From Cyanophora paradoxa CCMP329 (Eukaryota > Plantae > Glaucophyta), in the NCBI GenBank assembly GCA_004431415.1, contig QPMI01000075.1:1-64000 (forward strand): a stretch of DNA of 64,000 bases, written 5' to 3'. Within the stretch, counting starts at the first letter, position 1. Each line of letters begins with the position of its first letter. Both the position numbers and the translations under genes were made by a program. Shown here piece by piece: positions 1-12,330 of this stretch. The notes beneath the pieces are model-generated. The model was not told the origin of the DNA. It made no database searches and saw only the letters and a list, made by a program, of their open reading frames with translations.

Positions 1-1109
1 GTGCACTTTGCAATTGCATTCGGTTTTGAACGATTCGATCCCGATTGCGGCGTCGAACGAAGGATCGAACAAACGAAAAAAAGTCGCCAGAACAAGCCCA
101 GCCGAAATCAAAGCGGATCCGGAGCACAGCGAGTGACTGGCGCGAGACCGGGCGCGTATAACGTACTAGTAGGAAGTGCATTTTTGATCAGCCGAGATGA
201 GTGGTCTCCCGCCAGAACCTCGCTACTAGCTAGCTCGCCGCGCGAAAGTTGGCCTCCGAGGCTCGGAGGTCGCTGCCCCGCCCCTCTTCAGCCCTCGACA
301 GCGCAAGGCAGCTCAGGCCCGCTCAGCTCCCCGCTCCCCCCAACTGCCCTTCCCGGACTCAAACGCTGGGCTAATTAGTTGAGGGCAACTTAGTAAGACG
401 CCGGCCGGGCGCACTGCTAGCTCGGCGAACTCGCTGCGAAAGTCGGCTTTCCCTCGTGCCTAAGACTCGCCTTTGCACGTATGACCATACATCTAGAACG
501 TTTTGTACGCAAATTGTACGCGCCCGCGAGCCTCGGAAGACTGAGCATCTGATATGCATTAAGAGGCGTACTAGCTCCGAGTAGCTCGCCGAGTCGTGTT
601 AAACGCTTCGGTCTCCGCCAATCGCTCCCCCTAATTTAATCGAGCCGAACCGAACAGAAGTACTACGGTACTAGTGTCCGACTCGGCGACGGTCACGGTG
701 AGAGCGAAAATTCATTCTTTCGCATTAAGTAGTTATAAGCTGCTGGTACTCATAGCCTGCGGCACGGCTGCTGCATAGCACCGTCGGGCTGGGCTCTCGT
801 GCGCGCTGCGGCTGCGTGCGCGCTCTCGTGCGGGTTCGAATCCGGCCCGGCCGGTCCTCATTCATAAGCATAGACGACATTTAGTATACGAAGTCCCTTT
901 AATTTCATGTATACGTACTATATATATAGACCAAGGAGTCAGGCAAGGCTAACCAACGACGTCGACAGGAGAGCCCTTGGGGAAAAGGCGACTGAGGAGG
1001 AGCTCGAGCTGGAGGACATGAACGTCGGAGAAAGCCAGTCCAACCTTCCCCCCCAGACCTTTCGCCCACGCTCCCCTCTCGTCCCCAACTTGCCCCCGTT
1101 CCTTGAGCG

Positions 1110-2408
1110 ATGATCCGCATCCGAAGCGCAACGCCGGCGTGCCTTCTCTTGTGCGCGATTATCGCGGCCTGCGCATGCGCGGCGGAGATCGATCTGCGCG
1201 GGGGCTCGAGCTCGGAGCTCGAGTCGGCCACGGAGCCGGCCGCGGGTGCACGTGACGACTTCGAGGACGCCCACGCAGAGCGCGACGTGGCTTCTCCCGC
1301 GCACGGTCTCGCATCTCGACATTGAGCGCTACTCAGGTGCCGCCGCCGCGCGCGCGGAAGATACAAGATGCCGCGAAATTTATTTACATGCGGATTTTGC
1401 GAATTGGCCGCAAAAACTGTGATACGCGCGCTTGCAAATTGGTTCACGCCAGGGCGCTGGTACGAGCAGGCATCCGTGTATTTGTGAAGGTCGGCCATTA
1501 TTTTCGCGCGCCGATCAACGTTGTCCGGTTGTCAGTACTAGCTACACGTGCCGACGTCGACGCTTTCGCTGCAGGCTGTTATCGAGCGCGGGTGCGCGTG
1601 CGTCACCGCGGACTACACCGAGCGCGATGACGGGAAAGTGGACGTCCTGAACCGCTGCACGAGGGTGCAGGCGGCCGCGAAATCGTCGTCAAAGGCACCG
1701 CGGAGGTCCCCGGTCCGTCTCGCCGGGCCGGATCCCGACGTCGACCGAGCCCGAAGTTTTTTTCGCGCGCGCGTGCATGCACAGATCCCGAAGAGCCGGG
1801 AAAGCTGCAAGGTCGGCGCCATATGCTGGCCATATGAATGGTCACTGACCTTGGGTTTCCCAGTCCGGCTCTCCCCGAACCCCTTCCCCGCCCCCTACTG
1901 GGTCGCTCTGCTCGGCCCTGTCCGCGAGACCGAGTGCGAGCCTCACTTCTTTGATTTCCTTGCTTTTATTTAAGCAAATGCGATGTCTAATTCTTCAAGG
2001 CGCGCAGCGAGGGGCGCAAGGAGTACGCGTGGGCTGTCGTGACGGACCCGACGCGCCTCTCCCTCTGGATCCTCCCGCCCCCGCGCGGTCCGCATGTCCA
2101 ATTCAGATTAAATCTTCGAATTCAAACTGACGCACGTGCTTTGGCGGCGCAGATGGACGACGAGACGTACGCGCACGTGCTGGCCCGCATGCGCGGCGCG
2201 AGCCTGCCGTCGCCCTGCTCCGCCGCACGAGCAGGGCGGCGCCTGCAGCTACGCCTCTGCCCCCTCCGCGGGCGGCCCCGCCCCCGTCAACTTCGACGGC
2301 GACGCCGCGGGTGCGTGGCGGGGCCGGGCGTCCTGGCGTGAGCTCGTGCAGACAGCGACTTCGCCCCTTCAGCTTCGCATCCCGCGAGCCCGCTTGGCAT
2401 ACACTTAA
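1110..2408 (+). CDS. Secreted lipocalin (ApoD/Blc-like), multi-exon
   Basis: N-terminal signal-like LLLCAIIAACACA. Spliced motifs TVSHLDIERYS/GRWYEQA (lipocalin GxW motif, 1300-1470), ERGCACVTADYTERDDGKVDVLNRC, FPAPYWVALLG and EYAWAVVTDPTRLSLWIL. One frame shift is needed near the G-run at ~1200. Exon boundaries and stop are approximate. Confidence 0.78.
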
Positions 2409-2578
2409 GCTTATTGCAGCGAAAGCCTTGTAGATTAAATCTTTGGCGCAAAATTTAAAGTAGAATTGTAATTACCGCTTGATGGCGCGCCCGATCGCAG
2501 CTATCTGCTTTATTTAGCCGTAGTGGGAGCGAGTTTACGCGGGGCGGGAGAGGCGCGCGAGGGAGCTCGAGGCCTAGG

Positions 2579-2598
2579 GTGTGTGTGTGTGTGTGTGT
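2579..2598. repeat. (GT)10 microsatellite
   Basis: Seen directly in the sequence. Confidence 0.9.
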
Positions 2599-5500
2599 GG
2601 ATTTTTGCAGCACTGCGCATGGGCATGCCCTCGGAATCATTAACAGTCACTGAGTGTTAATGAATCCGCCCCGGCCTCGAATTAATTTCTTATACGTTAC
2701 TAAGTTACTTATACGTCTTATACGAGGTATGTGCTGATATCGATGTCGACGCTGAAAGATCACGTGCGAAGGGCTCGAATTTCGAAGGGAGCGTGTCGTG
2801 CAAATTTTCAATGACCAACTACAGAATCAGAAGCTCAAGCTTAAGGGGCCGGCACGGGTGCGCGGGCGGGCCGGCGCGCGCCTAGGCTGAACATGTACAC
2901 AGCCCGAGCCGCCTACGAGCCGCTGGTCGCCTCCGCATCTGCATCGACGTCGACGCGGTTTAGGAGGCGCCTCTGCCGCCCGCGGACCCGCCCGGGAGCA
3001 GCGCGGTCGCGCGCGGCGCTCCGTTTCGAGGATCCAGCCGCGGACCTGCCGCGCGCCACCGGATCGAAACGGGCGCATGCGCGCGCTCGCGCATGCGCAC
3101 GAGGGCGACGGCCCTTAGGCCCGCGAAGGCGCGAGCTGCGCCCCGAACGACCAGATTCGCTGCAGCTTTGCCGTACAGTTTGCGTGCCGCCCCGGCGGTC
3201 GCAGTGGGGACGAGGACGAGCGCGAGGGCGGTGAAGAGCGTGCCAGGGTCCCCCTCCCCCCGCATGACCGGCCGCCAGCGGGAGTGGGCGGCGTCGCCCA
3301 AAAGGAGCCGCCCGGCGCGCGAAGCCAGCAGTGCCTGCGCATGCATATGCCACGCCGATCGGGAGTCAAGCCAAGAGGACGGTCGAGCACGATATCGATC
3401 GCGAAGCGCTCAAGCTACAGGCGGACCAAGAACAGAGCTCCTGCCGCCCAGCAATCGATGAAGAACCAGAGAGAATCGTAGCACAGAATGCACTGCAGCA
3501 GAGTTGGTGAGAAGCCTGGCGATAAGCCTAAGATATACGGTCCATTTTGGCAATCAGTCTTATTAGTATGCTTCATTAGTACCTGCTTCGCCTCGGGATC
3601 AGGCTCCTTGATGGTGACGGCGCCACTCCCAAAGAACAGAAACGACCCGAGAATCGCTGGCATTTCGACGATAAAAACGTACATTAAGATGTACTGCAGC
3701 AATAAACGCTGGAATTGAAGCGATTCGCGAATACATATGCGAGGCGGGTCGTGGTCAGCGTTTTGCGAAATTTAAAGCAACCTCATATGCATTTAATTAT
3801 AAGCGAAATCACGGATATTCGATATTTATAAAAAATCTAAATCGATATTGTGCGCGGATCAGGAGAGCTCACGAAAGCTTGCGTGATTCGATTCGGCTCA
3901 AAGAAAGCAGTTTCGCCCTGCGCCCTGCTTTAATACATACGATAGATATATACGATTTCTCACGCGCGCGAGCACATTCGCCGACTGGTACGCGTGACGC
4001 AGGAACGGGAATATAAAAAGCGTGATACAATGGCACAAGAGCGCGAGCAGCGTGACGGCCAGCAGGTCGCAGCTGGGGGCGGCTACATCCGTTGCAGGGG
4101 CCGGAGTGTGCAGACGCATGCGGAATTGCACGAGAAGACTCGGGATCCGGGTGAGCGCCACTGGCCGTATATTTCACGCTCGATTACACCGATATCATAT
4201 TTAACAGAGGAACGCACCGGGAGCGGAAAGTAGAACAATGAACGTGCAGAATGCACTGAAGAGAGCCGCCACGGAAAGAAGGAAGCCGGCGGCCTTCGCG
4301 AGCCACCGGTACCGGGGATCGATGTCTGGCGCCCAGAGCCATCCAAGGGGCGGAGATTCGGACTTCGCCAGCACTCTGCACGCGCTCAAAGATATCAGGA
4401 GGTCGGACTGACGTCGGACGTCGGGATTTATATTATCCATGCCGAGAGAAGCGGCGTCGACGTCGGATATTATATTATCCGTGCCGAGAGAAGCGGAGGC
4501 TCAAGGGCAGGACCGGAAGGGCCAGCAGGAGGCCTTGATGACGACGGCGAACGCAGGAAGCTTAAGCCCCAGGAACGGGCCGCGCTCCAACAGACAGAAG
4601 CAGATCCCGGCCAGCCCGCCCTGCAACCGTTGAAGTCGAAGGCGAGAGGTTCGTATTTGTACTAAGTATACAGGATTCTTATTTATTCGAACCGTTCTCT
4701 TGAAGGTCGTGACGTGGCACGGGAGCCATGGGAGGGACGCGCGGCAGAGGAGGCTGGCGATCAGCGCCTGCACGCGCAAGCGCATGGAATGAAGAACAAC
4801 AGCTAATTATATAACTACGACGCAGGTTCATCCGAATTGAGGAGCGCACGGTTACGGTGTGACGAAGCACCCAAAATACGCAAGAAGAGGAGACGATAGA
4901 AAGCCCGCGGCGGGCCTGCGCAAGCCTCACACGACATCGATATATATATCGCGCGGGAAATTCGACGCATGCGTAGAGTTTGAGCTTCGAATAAGCTTAA
5001 GCGAACCTCTTCGAGAGTGAAATTCCCAGGGACCGGCTTGGCCGCAGGAGGTCCAGGCGTACATAGACCGGCAGGGAGGTCCGGGACATTGCTGCCGTCG
5101 CCTCCCTCCTGGACGCTGCACACGAGGCGCAGCATCGCCGACCGCGCGCTCGAATCCTCGACGCCCAACTGCGAGCTCGCATTGAGCCGTTACGTTGAAG
5201 CGCCAAGCTTAAGGTCTGGCATCGACACAGCGGCGCGGCGCACGCGATCACGAAGACAGCATCAGGTTCTCGCCAACATGGATACGAAATCGCGAGCTGG
5301 AAGAACGAAGCTTCCGCGGGATGGGAACCGTTGTGGCGAGCGTGATGGCGAGTATTCGGTGCGCTCCGGGCATGAACGGATGCGTCTTGACCAATCGAAA
5401 TCGCGATTGCGCATGCGAGCCGCGGCGCCGTTTCGACAGGAGGTGGAAGAGAACGAGTCCCGTCGTGAGGCGAGCCGCAGAATAGCCAGGAGGGACGGCG

Positions 5501-6904
5501 CGTCTGCATAAACTTGCATAAGCCAAGCTCGCAACGATCATGATCTTGGCTTCGAATTCAGGATCGTACCTCGAGCGTGTCCAAACATCGCAGCGGAAGC
5601 AAAGGCGGCAGCTTATGTGTCTGCCGGAATTGATTGATAAGTTATTTAAGATAGCGCAGACTGGAATCAATTACTGCATTGAAATTAGCGATTCGGCTGC
5701 CGAGATCGCGTAGAGCGCCTCAAAGTCCCAGGGCGGAAGCGGTGGAAGCGGATCCGAACCTCCGAAAACCGAATCTGATCACCGAGCCATGACGGTATTT
5801 CGCGCAGGATTAGCGGGGAAATTCGAAGAATATAAGAGCTATGCACGCGCGCGCCGTGCTGACGGCTGACCTGAGCACTGCAGATTTCGCATTTCTTCGA
5901 ATTCCAGTCGCTTTCCGACTCTGCAGCCAAGTTTCGCAGCACTCCTGGGGCGCCGACGTGAATCGCGGCGCGGCGCCGTCGCGCGCCGGCGCACGCCTTC
6001 TGTTGCGCACCTCGTGGACGAAGGACAAGCTGCGACGCAATTACATGGCTGGAAGAGCTCCGTTCGTCGTCCTCGATGGCCCGCACGGCAGATGCGGCAG
6101 ACGCGTTCGTCGCATCTGTGTGCAGATCCTCGCGATGCTCCCGCGCGGCGCGGCGATGCATGCAGCTGCTCTGTGTGCGACTAAAGAAGCTGTTGTCACG
6201 TACACCACCGCACCGGCGCGGGGAAGAGCTTTGAGTTCGAGAGAGGGTCTCGCGATCGATGATCGATCCCTATAGATCTCGCGATCGCTTTGTCTGAAAC
6301 AAATATCCCTCTAGATCTCTTGTATAATTCCCTCCCCCCTCTATAGATCTCCTGAAACTCCTTCCCCAGTATATAATAGTGTTCGATTCGAGACGCGAAG
6401 CGCTTGTTTCAGCCTGGCTGTTTGTGTCTCTAGGCGGGAAGACCGCGGCAATATTAATAACGCGTTCTAAAATTAACCAGATATAGAATGACTGAATGCA
6501 AGCTTAAGGTATACGTAGGCGCCGGCCTCAGCCGGGGTCGATCAGCTGCGCGTCGGCAATCGCCCGCGCAGGCTATTTTAATAAGACAGTGCTCCACGGC
6601 GGGTGAAATCTGCGCCACGGCACATGCCTTTCAATTCGCCGCCAAGAGGTTTAATTTGCCCGCGAAAAATATCTAGATCGACACGCTGCGATTTCGCAGT
6701 CAAAGCCGCGGTTCATGATCGACCATCAATATCGGATCGATATTCAGCATCAGCCGCATGAGCACCGTGGCACTGATCGATCATGATTCGAATATATCTG
6801 CTGCATTCGCAGCAGCAGCGACGCATAATCGAGCAGCTGTATCATAGTATGCATGATGCGCATGTGCAGGTGCCGCCGGGCCGCATGCGCAGTGCTCGCT
6901 TAAA

Positions 6905-7330
6905 TTGATATACACAACGGCTATATATGCACAGGTACGGGTGTTGCAATCATTGATCATTGAATTGACTCGCGATCATGATCGCGAAATTGCGAATAAT
7001 TCTCGCCGGGAGAGATAGGCTGTACAGGTGCAGGGGAGACCAAGGAAGATTAGAAGGCCTAACAAACTAGCTTTACGAACACACAAAATTCAGACGGTTT
7101 TTACTAGCTACCATCACATCACGAACGAACTAGTACTCGTCGAACGCGTGGTTGCATTGATATGCACACAACGCTATGCCAAGTACGGGTTTTGCAATTG
7201 AATCGCGATCATTGATCATCGGATGCGCGAACGAAGCGAGGGTAAATTGCGAGTAGGTGTACAGGTACAGGGGAGAACTAGACCAAAGAAGATCTAGAAG
7301 AGCCTAACCAAGACACACAAAATTGCGGAT
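6905..7330. repeat. Diverged ~240-250 bp tandem duplication; second copy is split by the retrotransposon
   Basis: Copy 1 ends acacaaaattcagacggtttttactagctaccatcac (7081-7117). Copy 2 ends cacacaaaattgcggat (7330) and resumes ggtttttactagctaccgtcac at 41575. Confidence 0.8.
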
Positions 7331-7548
7331 TTTTTTTTTGCAAAAGTGGACGTCGCATTGATACACCACGGCAATGTATCAATGTTCTACGTGACGTGCC
7401 CTTCCGACGGTCATCTATCTAGCCGAGGGTGCTAGCTACGTGCGGCCATGGGTCGCTCAATATGGAGGTTCGCCTGAGTGGGGGAGCCATGGTTTTCGGT
7501 GATAGCCGTAACCAGACCACGCGCCACCCTTGATCAACTCCTCCATCC

Positions 7549-9760
7549 TCATGAGCCCTGGAAGTGAAATGTCTCGCAGTCCGCCGCCTCCCTTGCCGCC
7601 GCTCCGCCACGCTCCTCCTCCACTCCGCTCCTTCTCTCCTCACCTGCGCCCAGGACCCGATTAATCGGTGTCCCGTTTTGTCGAGTGAAGAAGGTGGTAG
7701 GAGGAAGATATGAGGAAGGAGAGGGAGTGGGCGGAGGCAGCAGCTTGGGGCGGGCAGCGGATGCGGGCAAGGCAGGGAGAGGTGCCGGGACGGCAGAGTG
7801 GAGAGAGCGTGGGCACTGACAGGCGACGCAGAGAGCTGGGAGTGCGGAGACGAGGCGGGCCGCGAGGGGTCGGGAGGGGTCGACCGGGTTAGAGGGGGGG
7901 GCCGAGGCCAGGGGGGTGGCCGAAGCCATGGGGTTGGCCGAAGCCAGGGGGGTGGCCGAAGCCGATGGGGTGGCCGAAGCCAAAGGGGGGGCCGAGGCCA
8001 TTGGGGGGGCCGAAGCCATAGGGGTGGCCGGAGCCAGCGGGGGGTCTGACACTTGAGGGCCGGTTGGGGTCGGGGGGGAGACCGTAGGGGGCCGAGGGGC
8101 AGCGTCTTGCGAGGTCCCGAGCGGGGGGGTCAGCTGAAGCGAGGGGGGGGAGGGGGAGTTGGCTGCTTGCAGCGTCGTAAGTGGTTTGTACACTCCGGGT
8201 GCAAAGAGGGACGTGATTGTGGGTTGCCCCGTGGGTATCGGCACCGTTCGCGCTTTTTTGGTCATGCGCCTGGGAGTCTTGCGGCCGGTTGCCTTTCTTT
8301 TCGCCGTGGTACGGGGGGCGGGTGTAGAGGCGGGAGGGGGAGGGGTCGCGGGGCGCGGGCATTTGGTGCCGGGCGGAGGGGTATCGGCTGTCCGTTTACG
8401 TGAGGCAGGCGACGGGCGTGTTCGTTTTGGGGAGGGGCCAGGGGGCCCCGGAGCGGGCGTTTGGAAGGTTGGGTAGTGTTCGTAGGACCGCGGGCGAAGC
8501 GGGCAGGATGCCAGTGTCGGAGTTCTCGTGTGACTGTCGTGCTGGGGTACCGCAGGTGAGGAGGTAGGGCAGGAGGTGATCTCAGGGCGGGCGGGGCATT
8601 TTCCCCGTCTGGCGTCGGAGTGGGCCTGGAGGGCAGATGCAGAGGCGAACCGAGTGCCGCAGGTGCAGGAGAAGTCAGACGTCCCGGCGGCGGGTCCTGC
8701 ATCGGGCAGCTGGGGGAGGGGGGGCTGGGGGAGGGGGCGACGGGAGTCGTGCAATTGCTTGGCGGAAGTTTTCCAAGAGAATCCATGGTTGGCCTTCCGA
8801 GCCCAATTCGCAGCAGAAGTCGGTGATGGAGATGGTATCATGGAGGAGGGGCGGGGGGAGGCGGGGGGGAGGGGGGACTGGGCGGCTGCACTAGAGGCGA
8901 GCGGGAGGGTTTGGAGTCTGCATGTTTGCGGTACGACGTTTGGTTCTGTCATTGATGCGTGTCGGAGCTCCCAGGCGTGGTTGCGGGCGCAGCGGTCTCT
9001 CCAGATCGCACGGAGGTGTTGGTCGAGGAGCAGCGCTAGGTCTTTTTGGATTGACGATGAGGTGGTCTTGTTGATGCCCAGAGCTGTGCAGAGGGCAGGC
9101 AGTCCTGCCGGGGTACCGAGGCGCAGGAGAGCGAGGGCGGGGAAGGGAAGCATGTCGGCCAGGGCCGGGCTGAGTTTTTCCCATAGTGTATCGGCGAGGC
9201 CGGGGGGGCGGAAGAGAGCCGGATTTGCGGTGGGGGAGAGAAGGGCGGAATGGAGGGGAGAGGCGGGGTCAGGAGAAACGAGGCGGAGGAAGGGGAAGAG
9301 TTGAAAGATGGTATCGTCGTGTCCTAGTGGTTTGGGCGAGTGGCGGAGAACCCGGGTACGGAGGAAGGTCACGAGTGCGTCCTGGAAAGCTTGGAGAAGG
9401 AGGCGAGCGGCGGGGCAAGTAAATATGTGGACGAAGTCTTCGGGGGGGTGGGTTGTGGGGTCGGGCGGTCTGGGGTCTGCGGCCACCGGTGGGGAAAAGG
9501 GCGAGGGGGAGCCCGGGGGGGTGCATGTGGCAGGGGGCGGGGAGGGGGGGGGTGGGGAAGCAGCATCTTCGGGATGGGGCAGGGGTGGAGGGAGGTGACA
9601 GAAGGGGCAGTGGGCGGTGCCGTCGGGAAGAGAGGGCCGTAGAGGTCGGGTCGTGGAGGAGGCGGATGGTGAGGGAGGGAAGGCTTCCAAGCATGCATTG
9701 GAATCTGACTTTGCGGAGGTGGTCGCCTGTGGGGGTGCGGCAGTCCGGTGGCTTGTCGGA
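7549..9760 (-). CDS. Retrotransposon polyprotein C-terminus: CCHC (zf-RVT-like) finger plus tail with C2H2-like finger, basic patch and PIP-like motif
   Basis: LRKVRFQCMLGSLPSL...CPFCH...EDFVHIFTCP and IWRDRCARNHAWE (typical APE-LINE C-terminus). Then FSCTCGTRFASASALQAH, KRKATGRKTPRRMTKKAR, QPTITSLF and 18-bp ASA(P/T)P(L/M) repeats at 7895-8040. Confidence 0.75.
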
Positions 9761-10559
9761 CACTAGGGAGAGGGCTGGAGCGAGGGTAACATGGGGGTTG
9801 CTGAGGATGGCCCCCGCGTTGCGAAGTTGGCGCCAGTCAAGGTATTGGGAGAGGGAGGCTTCGGCTAGGAAGTGAGGGCGGGGGTCCCCTCGACGCGGTA
9901 CGCATGGAGTCTGCCTCGGTAGGGCTCGGCCCCGGGACTGGGCCGTGGGATAGTGGGGGCGGGAGGCCAACACGGATGAGGAAGCATTTGAAACTGTGGG
10001 GAATGAAAAGAAGGGCGGAGAGGGGGCGTCGGGGCTGTTTTAGCAAGCTTGTCAACGGCGTCATTGTGGCGGTTGTCAGGGTGTAGGCTGGGTTCGGGAT
10101 ACGATTCTTAGCCGGGGTGCGGGCCGCCTCCTTCTGTGCGGCTGTTTTGGATGTTTTGGCGGACCGTGGTTGCGGCAGGGTGGCTTCACGGTGAGCGGCT
10201 TCAGTTAGGATGGACGCCGCTTCGAGTGGGGTAACGTGGACGGCCGGAAGAGACGGCGCGCTGTGGCGGAGGCTTCGTTGCGAGCCAGGTCGGCGAGCTG
10301 AGAGGCGAGTTCTTGGGCGTAGCGGGCGCCGGAGGGAGGGGGTGGCGGGCCCTTCGGGGCGGGGCGGGGGAGACTCAAGCACAGTTGGGGAGCGCGGGAG
10401 GGCTGGATGGTTGGGAGAGGATGGTGGGGAGTCGAGGTAGGGAGGGTGCCGCGGTGGAGACTGGGGGCGGCGCGGCGGATGGTACGCCCGGGAAGGTCGG
10501 CGGGGCCGGAGGGCCGGGAGGGTTGGGCTGCAGCATAGGGGTCAAGGGTGACGGACCCG

Positions 10560-11200
10560 TAGCAGAGGCTGAGGGCAATATATTCACGGTATCTGCGGAG
10601 CGCTGCAGCGTCGGCCTGAATGTAGGCTGGGGGCGGGCAGGTCCGACGGGTAAGTGCTGAGGAGCGACTGAGTAGGTCAGCTGTGAGGAGGAGGAGTGGA
10701 CCGCAGGCCGTGCTGTTTGGGGCTGGAGAACGGAGAGGGATGTCTCCGGGCGTAGATAGGTCCATCTGCAGAAGGGAGTGGGGGGAGGGGAGATCCAGAG
10801 TCGCGCTGACTCCAAGTGGCCGCCAGTCTTGTGCAAAGGAGACAAGGTGATCAGGGACGTCGAGGGAGCCATTGTAGAAGTAGAATGAGCGCGTCTGTGG
10901 AAATAGAGCAAGTAGGTGCCAGTGTCCCGGAGGTCTGCTGGAGGAAGGGGTCAGCGAGGGGCTGGTGGGTCTGTTGAATTGGGCAATAGGTGAGGATGGG
11001 ACGAGAACAAGGCGGGCATCGAGGAGTCGTCCGTGGGGATGTATCGGTGTAGGGGGAGGAGGGCAGAACCCCGAGAGTCGAAGTGGGAGGCTGCGCTAGC
11101 AGGGTAGGAGCTGGACGATAGGAAGTGAGCAGGGTGGGGCGAGGCCAGGGCGGCTTCACGGGAAGAGAGCAGGTCAAAAAAGGCTTCCACGAGGGGGAGG
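10560..11200 (-). CDS. Ulp1/C48-like cysteine protease domain (copy 2, catalytic residues apparently present)
   Basis: Across frames: VEAFFDLLSSRE..AHFLSSS.Y; GHWHLLALFPQTRSFYFYNGS; (Q)PNSTACGPLLLLTADLL; RRYREYIALSL. This matches the C48 order HW...D/N...Q..C. Confidence 0.7.
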
Positions 11201-11719
11201 CTGAGGGGGGCATTCGGACGGAGGTGTAAAAGGTCGCCTCGTCGAATGAGTGAGTAACAGTGAGGGTCGGCTCGGGGGGCGGGTGGGAGGGGGGGCTTCG
11301 ACGCGAGGGTTTGCTCCGCGCAATAATCATTGTCTGCGAAGCGGAAGGCATTCCCCAGCCAGCTTTCCTCCGCCAGCGTCAGCGGGCGAGGGAGGGGGAA
11401 TTCAGTCGGGTGGACGGGGGTTCGGCCTGGGGAGGCATGCGCAGCTGGGTGGGCCGCGGGCGCCGGAGGGCGTGGATTGAGGAGTGGGCGTGGAGGGGGT
11501 GGAGGGATGTGGGGAGGGGAGGGGAGTTGGGGGACCGGGGGTGTAAGGGGCGAGGGGAAGGGGGGGACGGAAGGAGGGGGGTGGGGTCTCGTTTGCGTCG
11601 GACCCGGCGCGGGCTTTTGCTGCCGTGTGCTGGAGGGGCGGAGCTGGTGCGTGGGGTCGTGCGCTGCCGTTTTGTTGTGAAAGCCGGGCCGTTGGCCTGG
11701 ATTGTCCCAGGAGGACCTC

Positions 11720-12330
11720 AGGGTCCCGGAGGAGGAGAGCGGCCGCCCAGCGTTCCCGGTAGATGGGGGCGTGGAAGGGAATGGGCGGCCCGTCCTTTGC
11801 CGTACAGGTGGACTTCCTCGCCGCGGCCAATGAACTCAGCGGCGGTCATGACGAAGAGAGCGTCTTCACCGTGTGGACGTGTTTCCAAGCTTGCGTGGGA
11901 AGGTGCTGGTGTCGTATTTCCAGGCGAGCGCGGGAGGGTCGCCGGGGCGGAGGGTCGCCGTCCACCATTTGAGGACCCAGTCTTTAAGAAGGACCGTGAC
12001 GTCGGAGGCGGGTTTGCGGGTGACGTCCAGGATGCGGATTTCGCGGAGGCGGGCTGAGATGATTGCTAGTCGCCAGGGTCGGGACCCAGAGGGTGGTAGG
12101 GGAAGGAGAATATAGTCGTACTCCGTTGGGGAGAAGGGGTGCGGGACGTAGGATCGGTCCGTTAGCGGCCGGCTGCGCGGGTCTTGAGCGAGAGGTGGAG
12201 GGGCTGTGCCCATGAGGATTGAGGTTGCGTGGGAGGACGAAAGAAAGAGCACTTGGGGGTGGTGGGGCGTGCAGCCGGAAGGAGACTTGCCGGTTCTGAA
12301 GAAGTCTGAAGAAAGCGTCAATGGGTTCTG
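11720..12330 (-). CDS. Ulp1/C48-like domain (copy 1, degenerate)
   Basis: YDYILLPL..PWRLAIIS..REIRILD; GEDALFVMTAAEFIGRG; IYRERWAAALL. The C48 fold pattern is present but the catalytic His and Cys are replaced. Confidence 0.55.

Noticed and set aside
2800-6300. Possible small spliced genes, e.g. minus-strand 4201-5132 ending in a hydrophobic segment
   Set aside because: No recognisable domain and no consistent exon chain could be built without transcript data.
8900-9700. Dualen/RandI-type RLE endonuclease after the zinc finger
   Set aside because: No RHN or PD-(D/E)xK motifs were seen; the region matches an APE-LINE C-terminus.
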